Shown piece after piece: positions 1 to 12,648 of a DNA stretch of 48,776 nt; positions within the stretch are counted from its first letter, which is position 1, and each line of letters opens with the position of its first letter. A program made the position numbers and the translations under genes. The stretch comes from Nemertoderma westbladi (lineage: Eukaryota > Animalia > Xenacoelomorpha), in contig JAUCBJ010005496.1 of NCBI GenBank assembly GCA_032718475.1, forward strand, positions 1 to 48,776. The letters run 5' to 3'. The notes under the pieces are model-generated. The model saw nothing but the letters and a program-made list of their open reading frames with translations. It made no database searches and was not told the DNA's origin.

Positions 1-1033
1 GGCTAAACCCAAATGGAACCTCACATTTTAGGATAGTTATAAATCCCGAAAATAATTAACTATAAAATTAATTATTCACGAAAATATCGAAATGATAAAA
101 CTTTAAATAAAATCTCGCTTTGAAGTGAGTTCGATATTATTTCAAGGCACACTTTATATTTTTTAATTAATAAAATCTGAGACTGACTGAAAGACTGTTT
201 TTTTTCCAACAAAATCAAATCTGTGTTCAATCTAATAATATAATAATTTATTATTATTTAATTTATTTATAGTATAATTCAGTAATTTGTTAATAATTGT
301 ATTGTTAAGGGTATTATGCTAAGGCTGGCTTACCACAAGGCAGGTAACCTGTCAGCCTACCAACTAACTACTGTAATATACAGTAGGTACCCTAGCTTGG
401 TATTGAAAATACCAAGCATGCGAGCTAAAAAGTGAAAAGTAATCATGGATTGTTACTGAATTATGTACAAAGTACTGTACAGTATAAGGACGACAAACAC
501 CGTCCGTCAGTAGAGTACCGGTACCATACACAGGCCTATAATAAATAATAATATATATATAAATAAATACTACTGTATATAGGCCTACAGATACTGTATA
601 TATGTGTTAAAGGTTCGCATTAAAAAATAGTACGGACCGACGGTTCATTTCGGCCTACCAGCCTACTGTATACCGGTAGGCCTAGCTAGTACGACATAGG
701 ACCGTCACATGGGCTACCTGCACGTATATCAAATTAATGTCCCCATTGTACTGTAACAAAGATACAGTATAATAAATGGAAACAATAAGTTGTTGTCTCT
801 AAGTAGCCTACAATTAAAACGATTGTTTAACTCCATTCATGATCATGGAATGTGTCCTGTCCTTTAAGAGTTATTTTAGTCTGCCGTCTACAGTACCGGT
901 ACTTTATTTAGTATATGAAATGGAAAATGCGCCTGCAGTTGGAATAAGTATTTGCTTTCAACATCGTGCTTTTGTTTTGGTTCTATAGTACTGTATTAAT
1001 GTGTAACATACTGTATTCTAGATATATCAATAC

Positions 1034-2742
1034 TTATTGCACGGTTATCAAGTTATTTTCCCGTATATTTTACCCGAGGGCAGGAATAAAATGCTGCCCG
1101 AGGGTAAAATATTAGGGAAAATAACTTGATAACCGGGCAATAAATGTGTTATTCCACATTATTAACATTTCTAAAAGGGTTTTGTTTGGGGGCAAGTGAA
1201 GTAAATGGGGCTTGGTATTTTGGGGGGATTAAATATATATCAATATATATTAAATCATTAAAATGTATTTGTGCATACAGAATGATTAAATAATGCATTA
1301 CTAAATACTGTATAACTACAGTAGATACCGGAAAATTAAAACTTTATATTTAATTTAATTTAATATTTAATAATATTTAAAATTTTCCCTCATCCTCCGA
1401 TATTTTCGATAAATGTATCATTTAATTTTGTTGAAAAAAGTATGTTTTAATAAACTACATATAGGCGCGCCAGATCCATATTTACTGTAGAACACATCAT
1501 ACAGCAAGACCCTTTAAAGTGAAAAGAAAAATGCAGTAGGTAGCCTAACTTTGGACCACTGATAGGTCTAATAATTTTCGAAAACCTTTCTGCCTTTTGT
1601 AAACTGGATAAAAATAGTGAGTCAGTTGGAGCCTAGTCAGCCAGGATCTGAAATATTTCTTGAGTTTCCCGACATATTCACGAGTTATTATTTAGTTTCA
1701 TGATATAAAGACTAACATCGGTGTTTATTGTTCTTCGATAGGATGCAGTTTCACAGAGATTTGAGCTTATTGAGGAGACATTCGAGAATATTCACTAACT
1801 CGCTATGCTCGTTCTTTTGAATGCCTGCACTTGACCCCTGCGTGACAGAAACACTTTAGGGCCTACTTTATACCGAATACAGAAAAACTAATAATTTATT
1901 AGGACTTCATATTGGTGCATGCGGAACCATTTATAGTATACATATAAATATCAAGGAAATTCATTGTGTAGAGGTTTAACCGTTTAATTATATCGGAGCC
2001 TTGAACTCGGGTCTGACTCCAGATGTTTGTGGGTTCGAGTCCAGGAAGGTGGCCAGGGAAATTTTCATTCCCGATTCGCATAAATCTCTGTTAGGCCTAT
2101 ATATAAAAAAGACTGATTCCGCGTTACATTACCGTAATCATTAGCATACTGCATAGTAGTTACAGTAGTTACAGTTTTATTTAAAGCCAGCTTTATTATT
2201 ATTCAAATAAAATCAATATTCATTTCCTTAAGACTGCGTCCAACTTACATATTAAACATAAAGATAGAAAAGAGCACGAAATATGTACTGTAGGGCCTAC
2301 CTACTGTAGCCTGCTGTACAGACTTGTATCGCTACCAGTCCACATCTTCAGAGCTTCGCAGCTTTATCCCCCAGGCAGTCGGACAGCAATTAAGTGATGA
2401 ACAAATCGTACAGTACCACACACAGGTACCACCAGTATTAAGCCTATACCATGCCAAGCAGCTTGGTCTGGTCAGCCCACTGCCTGGCTACAGGCTGCAT
2501 ACCGTACCGGTCTGGTACTTTCAATTTCAGACAATGCATAATGATACAAAAATGAGTTGTGGTACCGGTAGGTATGTTCTGACAATCTGATTTGCTAATA
2601 GAGCTAGGCCTAGGATATTAGGCAGTTGCATAGCAACGCGGGAATATCACTAATATTTTCCCATGGGCAAAAAGCAATATTTTTTAGGTAGCCCATTATT
2701 AGAATTGATATTTAACCCGCTCATAAATGGGGAATAACACAT
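1034..2742. mobile_element. Putative non-autonomous Crypton-like element (terminal palindrome plus short inverted repeats)
   Basis: Palindrome 1034-1143 with ~50-bp arms (TTATTGCACGGTTATCAAGTTATTTTCCC...GGGAAAATAACTTGATAACCGGGCAATAA). ATGTGTTATTCCACATT (~1144-1160) is inverted against AATGGGGAATAACACAT (2726-2742). GTTGCATAGCAAC palindrome near 2625. No TSD seen. The family call is inferred from architecture only. Confidence 0.4.
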
Positions 2743-3061
2743 ATTAGACATCACATACTACCGTAGATCATTTCAATTGCGAATATTTTCTACACAAACT
2801 AATTTACTCGTCTCAAAAATGATGATTTTCCGAATCAGTTTGATCTATATTTAGAGGTTTCAATGCAACATTAAGGCCTACACTTTTTAGTAAAACTTTC
2901 ACATCTTTTTATTTTCATAAAATTGATAAATTTGGTCAATTATGAAACATAATAATATAAAAATGTTATAAATTAAGACTTTCGGAAAATCGCCATTAGG
3001 ATGACGTTTTCGTGGAATGGTCCGTTGGTATATTATATCTAATTGTCCAGATTTTAAGTAA

Positions 3062-3833
3062 GGGGTCATCCATAAAAGACGTCTGAGAAAATCCCGAATT
3101 TTTGGACCCCCCCCCCTCCCCCCTGTCCGCGAATGTCCGGTTTTTGACCCCCCCCCCCCCCTCCCCCCTATTCGGACGTCCGAATTTTAGAAAATAAAAC
3201 AGAAAACAAATACACGAATTATTGCTGTACAACAGGGTCGCTTTATCTTTTTTGAGCAAGTTCCATTCTTCTTGCCCCTTTCGGAATTGCTTCTCTCTAG
3301 ATAACTCGCTATGCGACTTTCTATATAGTTCGATAAATTTATTGTATTCCGACATTGCTGGGAGTTATTACCGGTACCGGTAGCCTATTTATCGTGCAGC
3401 CTTAGGCCTGCCGGGAGTGGGCACTAGTAAAGAATAGGGGACCGCAGTACTGACCAGTACATTATCAAACTGAAACTACTTATTAGCCAGTATAATATAG
3501 CGTTACGGTACGGGCTTAATACATTGTAATACATGATAAACTTCACGTATACTGTACAGTGTACAGGTACACCCATCAAGGGTTAGGTTGGCCGTCTCCC
3601 CAGATTCTGAAACTGAAACGTTTACTTTCACTTTAAATATGCGGGGCCTAGGTGCCCATCCCAAAGTTAAGTTTAGACTACATTTCGCCATATGGGCTGC
3701 AAAGTTGACAATAAAAAATTTAAAAACAGACGTCCGAATTTTGCTACACCCCCCCCCCCCTGTCCGTAAATGTCCGGATTTGGCCGACCCCCCTCCCCCC
3801 CCTCTAGCTCGGACGTCTTTTATGGATGACCCC
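3062..3833 (-). mobile_element. Internally deleted DNA transposon, Zator-like (or PIF/Harbinger-like), TAA TSD
   Basis: Perfect TIR GGGGTCATCCATAAAAGACGTC / GACGTCTTTTATGGATGACCCC, TAA on both sides (3059-3061, 3834-3836), poly-C subterminal tracts. An internal minus-strand ORF start at 3355 (MSEYNKFIELYRKSH...EEWNLLKKDK) looks like a transposase N-terminus. Confidence 0.8.
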
Positions 3834-4458
3834 TAACAATAATTGCTTAAACTATTATTCATATAATCCAAAAAAGGTGTTCTCTCGAATTCCCACGGTT
3901 CAACATAAAACAGTTCTTTACTCCACTACTGGGTCAGAGAAATAATGTATGATAAAAAATCATCGGAACTTCTTGTCACCACTACTATTTTCACGAGACA
4001 GTAAAATATACTATAACTAATTGCAATTTTTGTAAATTTTTACATGATTACTGTAACATGTAGGCCTAATAATTATATTTAATTGGCGGATTGGCTCGTT
4101 TGATGTTATTGTTCCAGATTGTCAATGTTTGCCAACTCTCAATGTTATCAGCCAATCACTGGTGCCAATATTATACTGAATAGTTATTTTCATATTCGAA
4201 TAATATTAGGCAATGGCAAGGGCAAAGGTTGTAAGATCGATTGCTGTTAATCTGTTAATCTAGTCTAATTTGGAATATCTTCAACTATAGATGGATTTCA
4301 CCCAGTTTACAAGGTTACGTCCCATAAAGAAGAACAATTTGTTTATTTGATGATGGCAATTAAGAGCATATTTATTATAGATAATATATAGGCTAATAAT
4401 ATAGGATTATAATTAAGCGGTTAAGGGGTAATAGGATATACAGAAACACAAGGACATG

Positions 4459-5040
4459 GGCCCATGTGATGAACACCAGACTTTCTGACGTTATATTTCA
4501 CTTTGCAGTTACCCCCATGTGAAGAATACCAGGATTTCACCAAAAACACAGGTTACAGAAGAGCTGAATCTAACCAAAACAATAAACGAATTAGTATATG
4601 TAAAGGTTATAAGATAGAAATGAGCGCTATAAAACACTTAATATAGATAAATATAACTAAATAAAAATTCTTCATATATAAAATTCCAATAAAAAGTCGA
4701 CGGAAAAGTGAAATCCTGTTATTTTTCATGGGCAAGGGCATGAATACATAATAAGAACTATAACGCCCATGTGAAGAATACCAGGATTTCACTTTTCGGA
4801 CGACTTTTTATTGAAATTTTATATATGAAGATTTTTTATTTTTTTAAATATATCTTTATTAAGTGTTTTATAGCTCTTGTTTCTGTCTTATAACCTGTTC
4901 ATATACAATTCGTTTATTGGTTTGGTTAGATTGAGCCCTTCTGTAACCTGTGTTTTTGGTGAAAACCTGGTATTCTTCACATGGGGGTAACTGCAAAGTG
5001 AAATATATCGGCAGAAAGTCTGGTATTCTTCACATGGGCC
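4459..5040. mobile_element. Foldback-type MITE (~580 bp, almost entirely inverted repeat)
   Basis: Arms ~4459-4735 and ~4766-5040 are reverse complements, with the repeated motif CCCATGTGAAGAATACCAG(G). No clear TSD. Confidence 0.8.
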
Positions 5041-5250
5041 AAATATTATATATAAACAGAAAAAATAGGAATAGTAAAGAATATAACGTAATATACAGTA
5101 ATGTAGAAAAAGAGGGAAGTAATAATGGGCTAATGAGTAATAAGTGATTGTAGCACATTGAAGATACCTGCCTATATAGCTAATCAGGGGTAAAGGATAC
5201 AGCTGTTTATCTGTGACGGTAAGGTAATAAATAATAATATATTTTTTTTT

Positions 5251-7287
5251 ATTGTTTGAGAGCGACCCGCCGCGCCACTATAAAGGGGAATGGAATGGGG
5301 GGAATGGGGGCATTCGCGCAGCACGAGACTCAGTTATAAGACACCAATTAAAATTGAGCGATTCTAACACAAAATCTAGAAAATTAGACAAAAATTAGAG
5401 AAATTAAACCAAACCACCAATCAATCCAAGAAAGGGGGACACTGTGTCCCTCTCCTTTTAATCTGCATCCCAACCCAAAGGCACAGACGGTACCGGTACG
5501 TGAGATTGATGGCAGGTAGGTTTGAGAGTAAATTTGTGTTTTACGGGTAAAATCAAGATCGTCGTCTGCTCAATTTGTCAGAAATATGAAAAATTATCTT
5601 ATGCCGATGTCGATGCAGTAAATGATAATGAAATAATTAATTTAATATACCGGTACCCTCTTCCCTCTGTTAATTTTTTTTTTAATAAGCCTAATATTTT
5701 GAGGAATAAACTATATTGGATATAAAGCCTTCTGACATGCCTAGTGATAATTGACAATTATTGAATAATAGCTGTCTTTTACCTGATAACGAAAGCAATA
5801 ACACAATAATATATTCTACAGTAATATGCTTGACCAATAAATGAGCAATATTTAATATGCATATTACAATTTTTATGCCGTTTAATTACTTTTTAGGTGA
5901 ATTAAAAACACTTTTATTAAAGCAAATCACTTGAACTAATTAAAAACTATAATGGAATGGGGTATGCGGATTACAGCTTTGTATAATTTTTAAGTATAAT
6001 TATTTAAGGGGAGTAGAATAGGCATTTTTTCCATACAAACTACTATTAAGCCTCGGTACCATTTTAGAACGCATCAGATTACTTTATAGGCCAACTGTTC
6101 TTGCATTCCAACCAGAATTTAATAGGATTTCTGGTGAACCAATTTTTTTTTTGAATTTCAATTTTTTTTCATACATAGGCTTATTTTTTGAAAAATTGAC
6201 ATAATTGAAAAAAATGTCTGTCACAAACATTAAAATTACAATTCGGTGTTTATGCGTACATTATATAAAAAAAATAATTGGTTCACGTTATTCTACGGTA
6301 AAAAATGATCCTAGCGAGAAATGTCTTTAACTCAAATAGCAGATCAGAAAAATGTACCGAAAAAATTTGAAAAACCCATTTAAATCCAGTTAAAATGTGA
6401 ACCTTCCAACGCAAAAACTGTCTGTTATTATGAAATAATGTCTGTCAATATACCTAGCAAAAAGAAAGCACAAAACCATGCTAAGATTTTTACTATGGGG
6501 GTTTTCCTGGTCGCTGATTTCATTTCTGAGGTCAGTTTTCACTTTTAATGAAATCTAGTTAGTTTGTACGTCTCTCTTTCGGTCTTTCTGACTATCCGAC
6601 AATCTGTCCGTCAAATATAAGAAAAAGGCATACAATCTAGTTAAAAGTTTAGCTAGAGGGATTTTCCTGGTCGCAGAATTCATTTCGAGTATCAGATTTA
6701 ACATTTGATGACTTCTTCGTTTGATAGTCAGTCTGTCGGTTATATTTTGACGGACATACTGACAGTCATACAGATAGAAACGACGAGGCCAAATTTGAAT
6801 ATTGAGATCAGAAATGAAGTCACCGACCACGAAAACCCATATATAGGGAATTTTTTAGACAGATAGTTTGCTTTTTACTGACGGACAGACATACTGACGG
6901 ACAAACCGACAGTCAATCGGACAGACAGCCATATCTCGAGAAATATGACAGATCTTGCTAAACGGTTTTCAAATTTGGAATCTTCATAAAAATCTGCTCT
7001 AAATGAAACGGAAAAAAAAATTTGAAAAAAAAAAATTTGGATGCCTGTACTACTCCCCTTAAATCTTATTCTAGAAAATAGTTAATTTCCAATAAAGGGC
7101 TGCAGAAAAATGATGTTTTTTACCATAATCAACTTAATTAACTGCTTTTATCTTACATTATCAAAGGCCACACGCATATCAACTTGGAAAATATCTAAAC
7201 TTCAAAATTGGACACAACAGAACGACATGTTCATTAATGGCACCCCTACGCTAAGGCTCACCTTACTTCGTGGCTCACCCCACAGTA
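5251..7287 (+). mobile_element. Dispersed non-autonomous element copy A, Helentron/HINE-like
   Basis: Colinear similarity with copy B: 5310-5590~43740-44050, 5690-5735~44548-44592, 5917-6007+7059-7175~46894-47100, and end motif CTTACTTCGTGGCTCACCCCAC ~ 47745-47770. Starts after a T-run, no TSD. The class is an inference and boundaries are approximate. Confidence 0.55.
6008..7058. mobile_element. Non-autonomous TTAA-targeting DNA transposon (Kolobok-like)
   Basis: TIR GGGGAGTAGAATAGGCAT / ATGCCTGTACTACTCCCC, TTAA at 6004-6007 and 7059-7062. The paralogous host copy has a single TTAA at 46978-46981 (empty site). Confidence 0.85.
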
Positions 7288-8379
7288 ACGAACATGATAA
7301 ATTACTTTTAAATAATGTCATATTTGCTCTTCATGTGTTTGTCCTCGCGACATACTAAATATGTGACAAGGCGAACTAAAACATACAGTAGATGATGATT
7401 ACTATGGACAATTTAATATCCATCTTTAAAATATTGTTATTATTTTTAACAGCTAATTTTTCGATCATATAAAATAATGTTAAAACACAGCAAATATAAT
7501 AGCAGAAATAATTATTTAAACCACCTGAGAAAAACTACGAGCGGCGGAAGTAAAAAAAAAACTAAGAGTTTCTCAAATGATATTTTATTTTTAAATTGCT
7601 ATTTTTTTGATTCTGAGACAAAATAAGTCATAATTCCAACGATAGTGCGATAGTCCCAGCCGCCACATTATATTGTCAGAAATCAACTGCAGATTGAAAA
7701 TACAGTTCGTTTTATTACAACTTCCTAGTTTCAGTTTGACTGGATAAGGTTAAGGATTAAAGTAGCAATTTAAGAATAAAACTTTTATAATAATTAATTA
7801 ATAATTAATAATAAAAAATGGTCCTTAAGAGGAAATATATAAACAAAAAACAATGGCAATTAAAAATACACAAATAAATCAAGAGTGGAATCATTAATAA
7901 ATAATAAAGAAAGATAGAAACCTTTGTGAAAAACAGGAGGTAGTTAATTTTGCTACATTTTTTTGAAGAACTGCTAAATTATAAAGCAATAGTTTATTTT
8001 ATTATATTAGTTTTCGGCACAAAAATAAAAATAATTAAAAATATCCCAGTTGTAGGATGTTAGGTCAACAGTCGGAGCGATATAACATCCTTTGTGTTAT
8101 ACTCTATTGACTCTCGTTTATTGTTTTGGTTAGAATAACGTGCTCACTGTAACCTGCTCTTTTCCCTTAATCTACCTATTCGGACCGTTAAACACAACCT
8201 CAGTAGAAACGCGATAAAAGGATAAGCGCACATTCTAATAATACAGACGGTATTGTTTTACCACCAGGGCACTGTCACGGCCAACGCCAAAGCAGCAAAA
8301 ATAGGTTTCAAATGATAAAGATAAAATAACGTTCCATATAATTATAATAAAAACATTAATATAACATAAAACCCAATAA

Positions 8380-9029
8380 GAAATTCGCAATCAATCCAAA
8401 CCCCATTTTTTGGATTCTAAATCATCTTGTTAATGTCCAAAAGGTATATTTGCGGATATTTATTCATGGAAATAAATTAGCTGAATACAAGACAAAATAG
8501 GTACATAGGGACGAAAAAGTAACGAATTAGTGATATTCCTTAGTATAATGATATTGTGTAAATAATTGTCCAAAAATTTACACTAATGTTAACAAAGATT
8601 TTTCATTTTCACATGATAAAATTTGACTGCTGATATTGAATTGATAATGATGAAATTTGGAATAAAATTTCGATTTCCGGTATAATTTACCTGTACTTGT
8701 TTTGTGTAAATAATATCACAATACTGAAGCTGTTTATATTTGATTGGTTGAGTTACATTTCCTAGTTTAGGAAGATAAGTTGTGTTAATAACCCTCCTAT
8801 ACTGAATCATATCGATAGTCATTGAAGTTTTTCTGATCCAAATTTGGGAAAAACCCCAGCAAGTCACCTTGCCGATATGTAAATCACCTTGCCGATATGT
8901 AAAATTCATGTTGATAACGAAAAAACATGAAATAGAAAGTGATCCACATAATCTATTGATATAGACTTATTTAGGGTAGCAAGATAATGTAGATTCAAAA
9001 AAATGTTGTTCGAATGGATTGCGAATTTC
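8380..9029. mobile_element. Old TIR element (MITE-like); second copy in the calpain intron
   Basis: GAAATTCGCAATCAATCCAAAC vs GTTCGAATGGATTGCGAATTTC inverted termini. The interior aligns in blocks with ~28889-29570. Confidence 0.65.
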
Positions 9030-9437
9030 CCCCCACTTTTTGACTAGATTTACAGGACTAATGTTCGAGGGGGGCCGATGTAAACGCAGACTTAGCGGCA
9101 GACTGGAGAACTGCTGAGTCCCCACACGTAAATTTGAACCCAATTAGATTTAATTTCATCAAAGATTGTCTGATTTATTAGCCTTCAAACATTAGGCGAC
9201 TGTCCGATAGACAACAGTTGAAACAACTGTACCCGGGATGTCCAGCAGAACAATAAATTAGTTAGCTAAATATGGAATACAATAAATTTACATTAGATAC
9301 TAAATTTCAGTAGAAATTCACCCATTGATGATTGTCAATTATACCCAACCTTGATTAGAGATCACATGCAACATCAGAACATCAAAGGGTACAAATTATG
9401 TTATTATTAATATTAACTATCATTAATAGGGGTGGGG

Positions 9438-11453
9438 TCATGGATTGGGAGCAGGAGGTTGTGTTGAGGTCTGGCCAAGCGGGTGTTGTGGTTGTGGGTA
9501 GGGGGCGGTGGAGTTCTGTGGGGGGCCGTGAGACGGATACGGCGGGGCAGTTTGCTGCGATTGGGCGGCATAGTTCGGCGGTGGGTAGCTCTGTTGTGGC
9601 GGCGGTTGCCCTGGTAGTGGGACGGGTTGGCTTGGAGACGGTTGTCCCGGGGCGGGGTAGCCGTGGTACGATTGATTGGGAAGCGGCTGATTGGGTTGGG
9701 AATACGCGCCGGAAATGGGTTGTTGGCCGGGGAATGGAGGCGGCATCTGGTAGGCTGGGTCGCCTTGAGCCGGTACGTTGCCGACACAGGTATCCCCGGG
9801 TAAAGGGGGGACGATGGCGAAATCGGTGGGTGGATTAGCTTTAATTCCTCGTTTAGCCATCCAGCCGGTTATTTGATCCGGAATCTCGGCTAGAACTTCC
9901 TTTGCCAACTTCGCTTGAACCAACGAGAAGTCGCAGCCACGACCTCCGTTAAATTCCCTAAATGGTACAAACTGTACGATATCGCGCTCTGCTTTGTGTC
10001 CAGATCGATCGCTTAACAACTTGTTATCAGCATCTAGAACCTCCATTGCTTCAAAGTCTGCAGGTCCAACTCCAACTATAATAAGAGACATAGGAAGTAC
10101 TGAAGCTCGAACAATAGCGGCTACAGTTTCATCGACATCAGTAATAACTCCATCGGTAATTATTAGGAGAACGTTGTATTGAGAGCCGTCAACGCAAGTC
10201 TGGCATTGTCGAGCGACGTGGTTAATTACAGGGGAGAAATTAGTTGGGCCGTAAAGTCGAACGGTTTGTAGGGAGTATTGATAGGCTTGTATGATTCCTT
10301 GGACTCCGGATACAACGGGGTTCGTTTGGGATCCGTTGAGGTAAAACTCGTGGCTCACATGGCCGGACGACAACATTCCCCCGAAACCCAAACAGGGAAA
10401 CATTTTATCCGTGTCGTAATCCTGGATGATATCGCCAACCGCATTCAACGCCATCATATATTGGTTTGGTTCGTATTGGTTGATGTAATGCAACGAGGCG
10501 GGGGTTCGTGGGTCGCCGTTCGAAGCCGTAAAATCCACAGCGACGGTGAAGTTTAATTGCATTCCTCCACGGATATAATCAAGGAAGGATTGTATCTGAC
10601 TTATAGAGAAGTTCACCACCTCAAGAATCCCAGAATTCTTGTACTTCCTGCTATTGTGTTTTTTCTTTGGGTTTATAAACTCGAAAGAACGCGGCGATTT
10701 GGATTTTATCTCCTTTAGAGTTGTAAAAAACTCACCAATTAAATCATGACTCCCATCACTATCCCAATCCCAACACTCAACCTTAATTTGTCGATCATAA
10801 TCGCTGTTACACAATTCCGATAATTTGATAGAAAACGGTCGCCATGTTGGATTCAATGTATTTTTTATCACTTCCGTTTTATGCGCAACTACTTTAGCAT
10901 CTTGTGTCGAACCAATTCGATAAAATATTAAAAAAGGATCCGATTTACCGAGGAAATCTTTCTTGTCAAGATGTTTAGCCTGAAGTTTAAGATGAACAAC
11001 TTCTTTGCTCTCCGAAATTTCTTCAATATAAACTCTAATTTTCCCTTTACCTCCCCCAACCAATGGCTTTTCTTTGGTTCCCCCTCGACTGCTGACAACC
11101 TCACCTATAGTGAACTCGGCTCTTCCCAAGAAGTCGTGGTTAGATAACACAGCGGAAGAACTATCGACGTCGTAAATCTCGAACTTTAATGTTTGTTGTT
11201 CTTCAAAAAAATAATCCATCTTGAACTTGTGGGCAAATTTTGGATTGAGAGAATTTTTTACTCTCTCTGTTCTACCAATTTCTTTAAACTGCTGTTTGGA
11301 GCCAAATGTGGTTGCGTAAAGGATACACATTGGGTCCGATTTCGATAATATATCGCAGTCTTTTAAATTGAAGCAGGATACAGAAATTTCCACCTGGGAT
11401 TTTGGTGTTAGCATCCCACCAGCGCCACGACCACCATATTGCGGATAAGCCAT
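9438..11453 (-). CDS. CPNE: Copine (Ca2+-dependent phospholipid-binding protein; C2A, C2B, vWA) with a Pro/Gln/Tyr-rich C-terminal tail, 671 aa, single coding exon
   Basis: C2 motifs DILSKSDPMC and DKKDFLGKSDPF, WDWDSDGSHDLIGEF; copine vWA signatures LNFTVAVDFTASNGDP, LYGPTNFSPVINHVA, LLIITDGVITD, RDIVQFVPFR, LAKEVLAEIPDQ. Uninterrupted ORF; candidate AATAAA on the minus strand at 9174-9179. Confidence 0.97.
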   Translation of the reverse strand: MAYPQYGGRGAGGMLTPKSQVEISVSCFNLKDCDILSKSDPMCILYATTFGSKQQFKEIGRTERVKNSLNPKFAHKFKMDYFFEEQQTLKFEIYDVDSSSAVLSNHDFLGRAEFTIGEVVSSRGGTKEKPLVGGGKGKIRVYIEEISESKEVVHLKLQAKHLDKKDFLGKSDPFLIFYRIGSTQDAKVVAHKTEVIKNTLNPTWRPFSIKLSELCNSDYDRQIKVECWDWDSDGSHDLIGEFFTTLKEIKSKSPRSFEFINPKKKHNSRKYKNSGILEVVNFSISQIQSFLDYIRGGMQLNFTVAVDFTASNGDPRTPASLHYINQYEPNQYMMALNAVGDIIQDYDTDKMFPCLGFGGMLSSGHVSHEFYLNGSQTNPVVSGVQGIIQAYQYSLQTVRLYGPTNFSPVINHVARQCQTCVDGSQYNVLLIITDGVITDVDETVAAIVRASVLPMSLIIVGVGPADFEAMEVLDADNKLLSDRSGHKAERDIVQFVPFREFNGGRGCDFSLVQAKLAKEVLAEIPDQITGWMAKRGIKANPPTDFAIVPPLPGDTCVGNVPAQGDPAYQMPPPFPGQQPISGAYSQPNQPLPNQSYHGYPAPGQPSPSQPVPLPGQPPPQQSYPPPNYAAQSQQTAPPYPSHGPPQNSTAPYPQPQHPLGQTSTQPPAPNP

Positions 11454-12243
11454 TGCAACCGATAATTTTATTGGTATAAATTCTCTGTAATGACTGATGA
11501 CTGTCTGGAAGTCCTCGCAGTGCCTTACACCTTAGCAGTGGTACGGTATTTTATTACAGTTATCACCAGATCCCCGTGCACTGTGAAGTACTAAAGTACA
11601 GCAGTATGCTCCAGGTCCAACCAGCCAACAACAGTTCAATAAAAACTTTTACAGTTTTAGGCCTAATTCAGTAATTCAATTACATCAATAAACAGGTTAT
11701 CCTCGCCTCGGCGATGGTCAATTATATTCATTTCAAGATTTGGATACCCTAGCTTAGCTACAGACCTACAGAGGGTACAGAGCTGCACCTTAGCACTGTC
11801 GCACTTAGCTGAAATGTAGAGAATACAAATTTCCTAATTACATTACAGTATTGTATTAGGCTGTTAGGATATCAATAAACAAGAATTCATTACAGTCAGT
11901 GAAACACACTAGCCAATATTAATCAATATTATTAATCAATAATTAATCAATAAAATCAATAAACAAACAATATTAATCAGCTGTTAGTGCATCGATTTTA
12001 CCCTGGAGAGGGATGAATTTTGTATATCGAAAGTCCACCTCCAGACCTCTATCTGAATCTTTCATATATTCACAACGCCTCGCGCTGTAATCTTATCAAC
12101 TACTGTACTACTATGTTATAAACTTGTTTAGTAGATAGTTTACGAATTATCGAAATTAATGCAGTAATGCATCAGTCAGGCCCAGGTGGGTTAAACTAAT
12201 ACCGGTACCAATTCAGCACCCTGCACCCGCATACTGTACCTTT

Positions 12244-12648
12244 ATTTTGTTACATTACGTCAACTTATCAACGTTCTGATGAATTAGAATTACTAACTAC
12301 AGTAGTAAAATCTGTAAGGTATCACTTTCCAACGTTGCGGTCTATAGAACAGAACGCTGCAAAGCAATCAATAACCTGGAAACAACTTCAATTACCATAT
12401 TCCAGAATTTATTATTTCAATTTATGTTAGGCCGCGTTCACCACGCTACCAAGTCAAAGTCAAAAGACAAAAAATGTAAAACACATCACATGAAATTTAA
12501 ATTGTGTACCTTTTTTTAATATAAATTTCACTTATATTCGGATATACTGTAGTAGGCCTGCCTACATGATTAAAATGTTTAAATGGGTATCCATAAAATC
12601 TTTTCTTCACCTCCCGAACGCTGATAAGTTGACATAATGTAACAAAAT
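12244..12648. mobile_element. MITE-like inverted-repeat element (~400 bp)
   Basis: ATTTTGTTACATTACGTCAACTTATCAACGTTC inverted against GAACGCTGATAAGTTGACATAATGTAACAAAAT. Confidence 0.6.

Noticed and set aside
1899-8909. Short AT-rich ORFs (60-120 aa) in intergenic DNA here and elsewhere
   Set aside because: No domain signatures; they lie within repeats, and many use non-ATG starts.
9088-9120. Stem-loop GACTTAGCGG...CTGCTGAGTC downstream of copine as a regulatory RNA element
   Set aside because: Short stem that depends on G-U pairs on the + strand, which are not kept on the transcribed minus strand; no recognisable motif.
11454-11490. TACAG acceptors 31 nt (copine) and 13 nt (CAPN15, 31495) upstream of the ATG as spliced-leader trans-splice sites
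   Set aside because: No polypyrimidine tract, and TACAG is very common in this window. Cannot be supported without transcripts.
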